This document shows, one piece after another, positions 11,638-21,148 of a DNA stretch of 64,000 bases. The stretch comes from Heteronotia binoei (taxonomy: Eukaryota). The translations under genes and the position numbers were made by a program. The first letter of the stretch is position 1. Each line of letters begins with the position of its first letter. The DNA lies in NCBI RefSeq assembly GCF_032191835.1, contig NC_083237.1, forward strand, positions 18,662,001-18,726,000, written 5' to 3'. The notes under the pieces were generated by a model that saw only the letters and a program-made list of their open reading frames with translations, was not told where the DNA came from and ran no database searches.

Positions 11638-12627
11638 ATGGAGTTCACCAACGGGACAGTTCAGGAATTCATTTTGCTGGGCTTTGAAGTTGGGCAGTTT
11701 CAACGACTTCTGCTCCTCACCTTTTTCACTCTTCTTTACATGCTCACCATAGCTGAGAACATCACCATCATCATGTTGGTGCATCTTGACACCCACTTGT
11801 CCCGGCTTCCCATGTACGTCCTGCTGAGCAACTTCTCCTGGCTGGAGATCTGCTATGTGAGCACCACTGTGCCCCGCATGCTCTTAGACCTGGCATTGTC
11901 CAACAAGATGGTCTCCTTCAGTTCCTGCTTCCTCCAGTTCTACATCTTCTGCTCTCTTGGCAGTACCGAATGCTTCTTCCTTTCTTCTATGGCCTTGGAT
12001 CGGTACTTGGCCATCTGCCACCCACTGCGATATCCACAGATCATGTCCCCAAATTTTTGCTACATCTTAGTAACTGTTTGTTGGGTCCTTGGCTTCCTGG
12101 CATACATTGTCCCAGTCACACTGATCTCCCAGATGTCTTACTGTGGTCCTAACATAATTGACCATTTTTTGTGTGATCCTGGCCCAATTCTGGCTTTGGC
12201 TTGCCCCCCACTTCCAAAGGCTCCCCTCATTAGTCAGATTGTCATGGATATTTTGGTGATCTTAGGCAACATTTTGTTTTCTGTGCTGTCCTACGGTTCT
12301 GTGATTGTCACCTTGATTAAAAACTCTAGCAAAGGCAATCGGGCAAAGTCCTTCTCCACCATATCATTCCACTTGTTGGTGGTCACACTCTTCTATGGCC
12401 CATTAGCAGGGATGTATGTACAGCCAGAGGGAAAAACTGATTCAAATATCACTAAGACTGTAACACTCTTTTATACTGCCTTAACACCCTTCCTCAACCC
12501 CCTGATTTACTGTCTGAGGAATGATCAGGTGAAAGAGGCACTGTTCCGATTATGGAGGAGAAAGGCGGTCTTTTTGAAAAGTAAAATTGACAGTGTAAAA
12601 AAGAGGAAAGGGACAGGAAATATATAA
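11638..12627 (+). CDS. Olfactory receptor, OR11-like (OR2), 329 aa, intact
   Basis: Same OR motifs as OR1; inverted paralog of 1854..2840. Confidence 0.95.
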   Translation: MEFTNGTVQEFILLGFEVGQFQRLLLLTFFTLLYMLTIAENITIIMLVHLDTHLSRLPMYVLLSNFSWLEICYVSTTVPRMLLDLALSNKMVSFSSCFLQFYIFCSLGSTECFFLSSMALDRYLAICHPLRYPQIMSPNFCYILVTVCWVLGFLAYIVPVTLISQMSYCGPNIIDHFLCDPGPILALACPPLPKAPLISQIVMDILVILGNILFSVLSYGSVIVTLIKNSSKGNRAKSFSTISFHLLVVTLFYGPLAGMYVQPEGKTDSNITKTVTLFYTALTPFLNPLIYCLRNDQVKEALFRLWRRKAVFLKSKIDSVKKRKGTGNI

Positions 12628-13670
12628 CAAAACATTCAAGATTAGTGTATGAGGAAAAGCTGATCTGTACAATGGTGGACAACAGAAAGGCTTAAACGGC
12701 ACTATTATCCGAGTTCATCACGTGCGCTCTCCTGCCTTCTTTGGTTTTATATACTCCAAGTCCTATTGTCCCTTTATAGATTTTCTGGCCATCCCAGAAG
12801 AGTCTTTTTAGCCAGATTTAATGTGCTCCCTACTGCTTTTCTTAGTGGGTGCTACATGAGAAAGCCCTATTCCAAGAGATTGTGTGGTTGTGGATCTGGC
12901 TCTTTTGCAACTGTAAAACGTGTCTTTTTGTTTGCCAAAGGTATAACTACTTAAGAAAACAGTTTATCGACTCACAGATTTCTGATATTGATCTGCATGT
13001 GGAAAATAAGCTCCAACTTTTGCTTGCTTTGATCTAACCATCCAAGTTTCAGTTGTAAAATTTCTTCTGAGAGTGTTTAGATTTAAGACACAAGATGAGG
13101 ATTTTAAGAAAATGGAAAACGATGTTTTATGTTGTGCACTTTGCTTATTCTAAACATTTATTTTGTAAAATCTGTAAAATCTATATTATTGATGAATTTT
13201 CTATTTCATTGCCTTTGGCTTATGACCAAATGGTCTGTGAGCAATAAATATATATATGATACGAAAAGAAAAAAGAGGTACTGTTCTCTGTTCAGTGTTT
13301 CCAACCCCTTTGTGCACTGGAAGACAACAACACACATTTCCACTAGAATACTATGTAGGTGCTTTTGAAGCATTTATTCTGTAATAAATACAGTAAAATG
13401 AATTCTCCATTATTTTGTCAGTCTCTCCCAACTGTATAATTCTTACGCATTCCAGCAAGTGCAAAAAAAATAATCGTATGCAAAAACCACTACTGTTTCT
13501 CTATATGATCTAACTGTAGGTAATGCTGATATATATTTGTAGATATGTTATAAAGATGGTTTTAGTGTCGTTGGCTCAATATAGAATGATTATATTTTGA
13601 AAATCAAATATTTGAAATGTGAACTCTCCCATTCTCCCAAAAAATTCTCCCCAAAATCAAATAACTACTT

Positions 13671-13952
13671 GAGAGCCAGTTTGGTGTAGTGGTTAAGTGG
13701 CAGACTCTTATCTGGGAGAACTGGGTTTGATTCCCCACTCCTTCACTTGCAGCTACTGCAATGGCCTTGGGTCAACCAAAGCTCTTGCAGAGCTGTCCTT
13801 GAAAAAGGGCAGCTGCTGCGAGAGCTCTCTCAGCCTCACCTACCTGACAGGGTGTCTGGTGTGGGGGCGAAGGTAAAGTAGATTGTGACTGCTCTGAGAT
13901 TCAGAGTATAGGGTGGGCTATAAATCCAATATCATCATCTTCTTCTTCTTCT
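13671..13952 (+). mobile_element. tRNA-derived SINE with (TCT)n tail
   Basis: Mirror of 538..804. Confidence 0.75.
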
Positions 13953-14099
13953 TTTATTTTTCTGAGTTTGAAATGTGAACTATCCCATTCTCCCAAAAAT
14001 GTCACTGAGAACATGAGAGCATTTGGTTATCTCTTCCCTTTCTTAACACCTGGTGAGGGTTGGTTTAGTTTAACCTTTTAGCTTAAGGGACAGGTGAAC

Positions 14100-14355
14100 A
14101 ACTGCTCGTCTCATTAGTTCAATTTTCAAGGATGTTTCGGTGATCCTTGGTAATATCGTGTTTGTTGTGCTGTCTTAGGCCCAGTGATTGTCACCCTGAT
14201 TTTAAAAGGTCATCAGGTAAGGTAATTAGCAAAGGTAATCAGTTAAAATCCTCCTCCATCATATCATTTCACTTAATTATAGTGTCTCAGGTGAAGGAAG
14301 CACTATGCAAGTTGTGGAGAAGAAAGACAATAGTTTTGAACAGAAAGGTGACCAT
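14100..14355 (+). pseudogene. Degenerate olfactory receptor 3' fragment
   Basis: ggtgatccttggtaatatcgtgtttgttgtgctgtc resembles OR TM5; translates SKGNQLKSSSIISFHL then QVKEALCKLWRRK, with TM6-TM7 deleted. Confidence 0.65.
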
Positions 14356-14929
14356 GTCAGGTGGATGCCATGTTCTTTAAAGTACAATAAAATTTCCAGG
14401 GTATATGCTTAGTAGCTCCTACCCTGGACACCTTTTTGGTCTTTAAGGTTGCTACTGGCCTCAAGTGTAAAAAGGAGGAAAGCGAGAGGAAATATACGAC
14501 AAAACATCTGAGATTTCCATCAAAGATAGATGACTACTGTTTTTACCCATACAAGAAGCGACCCTTTCCCTGTTCAGTGTTTATTGGATTGCTCAGGTAG
14601 GCAGCCCCCAAATTAGTCTAAGGTTGTGGAGGGTCACGGTGGAGCTTGTCATTTTCCTAGTAGAGACTGCATCAAGGGACTTTTGATGGTTGTGAAAAGG
14701 AACTCTTTGTGAAATGGAACACATGTCAAAGGTCTTGCCATGCTTGACAACACAACACCACCAAATTTCAAATGCAATGTTATGTAGATCCCCTTGTACG
14801 AATGAATAATTTGTTGTTGTTGTTGTTAATGACAGTCCCAACTGTATGATTTTCATGTGCTCCATGAAGTAACCACCACAAATTTGCCCTCACCATTTTA
14901 TAGTTAATTTAAAATGCCACAAGGCCCTA

Positions 14930-15895
14930 ATGTGCTTATTGTATGGAGCTCTTGTAGAGTTCTGTGCCACACCAGATCAGGGCCTTGTGAATTCTGGTAC
15001 TGTTTGGAGGATTTTGCATGGCTCAGTATGGCTTCTACCCCTCAAAACATACATGGAATTTACAATCACATGCTAATTTTCTGCATGCATGGATTTTTAT
15101 GATTTTGTAGCATTGCCCCATTCCAGAAAAAGACCGTGGAACAGAGTGACGAGTGATCATTTTGGAGAAGAATCTTCCTTCACTTTTGCTATTATCACTA
15201 ATCTAGCTGCTTGGCCATAATATATTACATTTGATTTAAGATAATGATCCACACACATTGAAAATAATGGAATAATAAATAAATATATAGCTCAGGAAAA
15301 CAACAGTTTCTTGTGAAAATCACCTGGGAGCAGAATATCTCCAGAGAGAAAGCTTGTTTTGGTGGGTAATTATATCGTCCTTGAGGGACAAAGGCACCAG
15401 ATACATATACACTCTTCCTTCCTATCAAGCCTATCCAATACCTCACAACTGTACACCCCAAGGAGACACAAGAAATAACACACGTGACCCATATCTTGAC
15501 ACAGTGCTTATGGTGTACCATCTTCTGGATAAAGCATCGCATTGAATACTATTGAAGTGTAGAAAAGGGATCTCCAAGGCATATGGGGGAGAGCTTACAA
15601 GGCTCTCAGTACAGAGCCTACTGTAAGCTCCAGGAGAATTGGCTACATCAGAGGTGTGTGGCCTAATATGTTAAGGAGCTCCTGCTAGAATTCCACCCCT
15701 GGATGCCACAGAGGAGGGAGGGGTCCCCAATATGGTGCCCATAGGCATTATGATGTCCACCAAAGTTTATTTATTTATTACTTTAGATTTCTATCCCGCC
15801 CTCTCCTCAAGCAGACTCAGTTCTGTCAGACAGTCAGTTCAAACATCTACCATTGCAATTTAAAAAATGATAGAATACCATTAAAACATTTTATG
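14930..15895 (+). repeat. Direct paralogous copy of about 7215..8200 (start of OR duplication unit A)
   Basis: Colinear similarity, e.g. gagctcttgtagagttctgtgccacacc and gacacagtgcttatggtgtaccatcttctgg; a third partial copy lies at about 50944..51515. Confidence 0.9.
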
Positions 15896-15901
15896 GTGCT
15901 G

Positions 15902-16345
15902 TGTCGTGGGGCCAGCCCACGCACCAGTGAGAAAAGTAAGATTTACACGACAATGAAAACACACACGCACAGAGACACACACAGGGAGGCGCCTGGATTA
16001 GTTTCTAAAGGTCATCAGAGTTGCTAGCAGCTTCTCATAATTCATGAAACTCTTTGTTCGCTGCTGCGCAATACCAGGATGGCCGTTTTTATTTATTTCA
16101 TGACCTCATAACATTCCACTTGCTCCAGCCAATTATCCACCGTATCAGCTCAACGTGACCACAAATTACACCTGCGCAAATCTCTCAAACCTAGCATGTT
16201 TCTCTAGTACCATAAATCAAGTTTGTCTGCAAAACATTCCATCCATGCACTTTTCTCTCTCCCTCTCAAACCTTCATTACTACTTCTTGTCTGCACTTAA
16301 ATCTACATCACTGCACCTTCTTTGCACTTAAACTAAATCCCCACA
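15902..16345 (-). mobile_element. Solo LTR (444 bp, 6 bp TSD GTGCTG), possibly class II ERV
   Basis: TSD at 15896..15901 and 16346..16351; minus-strand ends TGTGGGGA...CCCCACGACA; AATAAA on the minus strand near 16090; empty site ggtgctgttcaac in the paralog at about 51508. Confidence 0.85.
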
Positions 16346-16363
16346 GTGCTGTTCAACATCAGT

Positions 16364-16636
16364 AGAGAGCTCGTGGCACAGAATAGTAAAGCAGCAGTAC
16401 TGCAATCTGAACTCTCTGCTCATGACCTGAGTTCGATCCCAGTGGAAGCTGGTTCAGGAAGCTGGCTCCAGGTTGACTCAGCCTTCTATCCTTCCGAGGT
16501 TGGTAAAATGAGTCCCCAGCTTGCTGGGGGGAAAGTGTAGATGACTGGGGAATGCAATGGCAAACTACCCCATGAAAATGTTGTGAAAGCAGAGTCGGAA
16601 ACGACTGGTGCTTGCACAGGGGACTACCTTTACCTT
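16364..16636 (+). mobile_element. Sauria-type SINE with 12 bp TSD
   Basis: ggttgactcagccttctatccttccgaggttggtaaaatgag core and accttt tail; TSD ttcaac(a/t)tcagt at 16352..16363 and 16637..16648. Confidence 0.8.
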
Positions 16637-18348
16637 TTCAACTTCAGTATAGTCAGGATCTTCTGACAGTCATCCTATGATCGTAGTTCCTCAGCAGTGT
16701 AGGATGGCAGTCCTCTCCTGGTTTAGATGTTGAAGGCCTGTTGAAATAGTTCCATTTTGCAGGCCCTGCGGAATTGAGAGAGATCCCACAGGACCCTTCT
16801 CACCTCCGGGAGGACATTCACATTTCTGGTGCTGCCACCAAGAAGGCCCTAGCCCGTGTGGCACACAGTCTGGCCTCCTTTGGTCAGGGGATAGATAGTA
16901 GATTTTGTGTTCCTGAATGCAGTGCTCTCTGGGGAATTGCGGAGAAAGGCAGTCCTGTAGATAGGCAGGTCCCCAACCATAAAGGGCTTTAAAGGTCAAT
17001 ACCAACACCTTGAAAATGACTTGGAACACAATAGGTAGCCAGTGCAGCTCTTTCAGCACTGGTTGAATGTTTTCCCATCGAGGGAGCCCCATTAGCAGCC
17101 GTGCTGCAATGTTCTGCACCAGCTGTAGTTTCCGAGTCAGGGTCAAGGGTAGTTCCATGTAGAGAGCATTAAAGTGATCTATTCTCGAGGTGACCATAGC
17201 ATGGATCACCATTGCTAAGTTGTCAGACTTCCTGTTTGGTTTGGAAGACAGGCTGCAACTCCCTAGCAAGGGGGATTTTTTTTTCACTGTTCAGGGTATT
17301 AAAGACCTCTGGGGGGGGGGTCTATGCCCATTAACCTTAGTCAAAGGTTAATCCAAGATGACGTTAAATTCCTTTAGCTGTTGATTTTGATTTAGGGAGA
17401 GGCAGGGAGCTGCCTTCTTCAGATCTTGAGATCCAGCAATAGAGGGTACGTCAGTCATGCATCTACAGTGGAATTAAAGTCATTAATTTGACTTAAGCCT
17501 GTCAGAATCCAAACACTTAAAGACGGACTGACTTTAATTGCAAGGTAACAAAGCGAAGTGTCGCAAGAAATAACATCTGGTTAAGGTACTTTAATCTATT
17601 CTTATCTCTACTCCAAGAGACCTTGAATTAAACGTTGTGTGGAATAAAAACAGATGAAGTTGAAGCGTAACTGAATAAAGATAATTACCTTATTAAGTTT
17701 GAACTCTGAAACTTTGAAAGTAAAAAGGCTGTAGCAGAACCTGAAAATAAAAGAGGGAGTTGTTGTGACGGACTGTGGTCTGCGGTTGGTGACGTGTAAA
17801 GAAGATCGCTTCTTGTTGTGTATTCACTCCTACAAACTGTTGGAATCTAAACAGACTGAACTGAACTAAGGCATAATTGAAAGAAAATTCAGCCTGTGAA
17901 AACTGGATGTTGTCAACTTAATAGCCTCGAAAGATATTTGAGAAAAGGACAAGTTGTTTTGAATACTTGTGGCTGTGGCTTCTTCACGAATCTCAAAGGC
18001 TGTGATACTAGACACGAGATCAGAGCAATCTGCACCAGGAAGTAAAAGGGACTGGCCAATAATACAAAGTCTGTAAGGATTACAAAAGCTGTGACATTTG
18101 ACATTTGAACCAGGAAGGAATTTAAAGATCAAGAAAGACCTTTCTAGGAATTGAACTTTACCATAGAGAAACAACAATTGCCATCTTAAAAGGGAGAAAA
18201 ACTGTCAAATTTGTTAAAAATCAATATCTCTGCTTAGGAAGATAGGAGGAAAACGAAATTAGTCTCATTTGAAAAAGCATGTTCTAAGCTATTGGACTGG
18301 GTGTTGAATTTTAATTGGTGAACTTTTTAAGGTTTGGTGACTTTTTAT

Positions 18349-19104
18349 ATGTCAGAAGGGAGAGTAACTCGTGCAAGGGCTCACTCATTTGACAAGATGC
18401 AATCCCAATTTGACTCTCTGGAATCGAAAATGTTAAAAGCTATGGACAAAATGCAAATGGCAATGAAAAAAGAATTCAAAAAGGAAATTGGAGATCTCAG
18501 AAAAGATATAGAGGGTTTCAAAGATGAGATAAAAAATAGAGTTAAAGAGGTAGAGGGAAAAGTGGATACACATGCCTCTATCTTGTTAAAACTCCAAGAG
18601 AAGGTTACAATACATGATTGCAAGTTGATGGAAACTCAAGTTCGTCTGAGAGGGGTACCTGAAAAGGAAGAGGCAGATTTAATGGAATATATGGTGAACA
18701 TTATCACTGAATATTTAGAGGAAGACCCTGACAAATTTAGGAGTATGCTGGATGGTGCCTACAGAGTCAACTCAGCATATGTGAAGGATAAAGACCTGCC
18801 AAGAGACATTGTTATAAGACTAAGATCAAAAGATTTGGCAGGAAAAATTTTGAGCAAAGGTTTCCAAAAAGCTTGGGCCATAGAAGGGAGCAAAATTAAA
18901 ATAATGAAAGAGCTACCAAGACAAGTGATCAGTGATAGGAAGAAATACAAGAAGTTAACCGACCAGCTGCGTGCAGAGGGCACAAGATATAGATGGATAA
19001 TACCTGAAGGTCTTGGATTTGAACAACATGGGAAAAGGATTACAATAAGGAGTGAACATGAGATGCATAGCTTTTTTGAAGAGAACAAAGAATCAACATC
19101 ATAA
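18349..19104 (+). CDS. L1 ORF1 protein (coiled coil plus RRM/CTD), open frame, 251 aa from the first ATG
   Basis: Heptad-rich N-terminal half, then RLRGVPE..AYRV..PRDIV..KIKIMKELPR..RYRW typical of L1 ORF1p. Confidence 0.85.
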   Translation: MSEGRVTRARAHSFDKMQSQFDSLESKMLKAMDKMQMAMKKEFKKEIGDLRKDIEGFKDEIKNRVKEVEGKVDTHASILLKLQEKVTIHDCKLMETQVRLRGVPEKEEADLMEYMVNIITEYLEEDPDKFRSMLDGAYRVNSAYVKDKDLPRDIVIRLRSKDLAGKILSKGFQKAWAIEGSKIKIMKELPRQVISDRKKYKKLTDQLRAEGTRYRWIIPEGLGFEQHGKRITIRSEHEMHSFFEENKESTS

Positions 19105-20627
19105 TGGAGTATAAACTATTATCTTGGAATATAAATGGACTAAATTCACCACAGAAAAGAAGAAGAACATTTTATTGGATTAAAAAACAAAAATGCAACA
19201 TAATTTGTTTACAGGAAGTTCATATACAACGCAAAGACAGAAAATTTTTGTGGAATAGAAATTTGGGGCTGGAATTTTTCTAATTAGCAGAACAAAAGAA
19301 AAGAGGGGTAGTCTTTTATATCAAAGAACAACTTGAGCCAAAACTAATATTTAAAGATAAAGAAGGAAGATATATCGCTGTAGAAGTGACAATTGAGGCG
19401 AAAAAAACATGATTATTAGGATTATATGCTCCCAACGGAGCGAAAGATACATTTTTTAAAGACATAAATCGGCATCTGGATGAAAAGACATATGATCAGG
19501 TTTTGATGATGGCAATTTTAATGGGACAATACAAAATAATATTGACAGATCAAGCCAAAAGAAGAATGACAAAGAAGGAAAGCTACCAAATTCTTTCTTT
19601 GAGTTGATTAAACAGGAGAACTTAGAAGACATTTGGAGAAAATTTAACCCTGAAGTAAGAGACTATACATTCTTCTCAGCGAGACATAACTCTTTCTCTA
19701 GAATAGACATGCTATGGGGTTCCCAAAGCTTGAGCCTCATAACAAAAAAAATTGAGATTCTACCAAAGGTTTGGGTGGACCATAATCCAATATGTTGGTC
19801 TACAAAATTGCAAAAGAAAACAAGAAGATGGAGAATCAATGAGGGCTTACTACAAGACAAAGACATTGTGGCATCCTTAGAAAAGGAGACTGCAGCATTT
19901 TTCCAAATAAATGAAACTGATGATATGGAATTTCAAACAGTATGGGAGACCTATAAAGCAGTAATGAGAGGACTATTAATCACATTGAACAATATAAAAG
20001 AGCCAAAAAAGAAAGGTTGTCAGCATTGCAAAATGAAATAAATAAAAAAGAAAGGGATTTGAAAAAAGGCTAGGAAAAAAGAAATTAATAAAAGAAATTA
20101 CGATATTACAAACCCAAGTTAAGCACTTGCTGAACAAAGAATTAGAATGGAATTTAAAAAGTTTGAAGCAGAAATCGTTTGAAAGTGCGAATAAACCCGG
20201 AAAATATTTGGCCTGGCAATTGAAGAAAAAGAAAGAAAATAAAATCATAAATAAAATTATGGTAAATGGAAAAGCAATAGTAAATCAAGAAGGAATCAAA
20301 AGAGAATTTTTTAAATATTATGCAAATTTATTTAAAGGTGTGAACATTAGGAAAGAAAAAGTGGAAGAGTATCTACGGAATATCCAAGTGGCACCTCTGA
20401 CTGAGTACACGAAGAAGATTTTAAATGACCCAATAGAGAAAATCGAAATAGAAGCAGCAATAAAAGCAATGAAAGATGGCAAAGCCCCAGGGCCAGATGG
20501 ATTTACATCAAAATTTTACAAAACTCTTAAGGATGAGATAACACCCAAACTGATGAAATTGTTAAATACGATAAGAGAAGAAGGGAAAATTCCAAATACT
20601 TGGAAGGAAGCTGTAATTTCTTTGATT

Positions 20628-21148
20628 AAGAACATAAGAACATAAGAGAAGCCATGTTGGATCAGGCCAACGGCCCATCAAGTCCAACACTCTGTGTCAC
20701 ACAGTGGCCAAAAAATTTATATACACACATACACTGTGGCTAATAGCCACTGATGGACCTGTGCTCCATATTTTTATCTAAACCCTTCTTGAAGGTGGCT
20801 ATACTTGTGGCCACCACCACCTCCTGTGGCAGTGAATTCCACATGTTAATCACCCTTTGGGTGAAGAAGTACTTCCTTTTATCCATTTTAACCTGTCTGC
20901 TCAGCAATTTCATCAAATGCCCACGAGTTCTTGTATTGTGAGAAAGGGAGAAAAGTACTTCTTTCTCTACTTTCTCCATCCCATGCATTATCTTGTAAAC
21001 CTCTATCATGTCACCCCGCAGTCGACATTTCTCCAAGCTAAAGAGTCCCAAGCGTTTCAACCTTTCTTCATAGGGAAAGTGCTCCACCCCTTTAATCATT
21101 CTAGTTGCCCTTCTCTGGACTTTCTCCAATGCTATAATATCCTTTTTT
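20628..21148 (-). mobile_element. CR1 LINE 3' fragment inserted in L1 ORF2
   Basis: LEKVQRRATRMIKG..YEERLKRLGLFSLE..RLRGDMI..WNSLP; (cttatgtt)n tail; removing it restores L1 codons ttg att cct aaa (LIPK). Confidence 0.92.

Larger units (their letters stand above)
7776..14438. repeat. Right arm of large inverted repeat
   Basis: Reverse complement of 1..6088 plus a 618 bp LTR/TSD insertion; inner boundary gacccatatcttgac at 7776 mirrors gtcaagatatgggtc ending at 6088. Confidence 0.95.

Noticed and set aside
1-14438. Palindrome as a pure assembly artefact
   Set aside because: The arms differ by an LTR with TSD, by many substitutions in and beyond the ORs, and by indels; not fully excluded without reads
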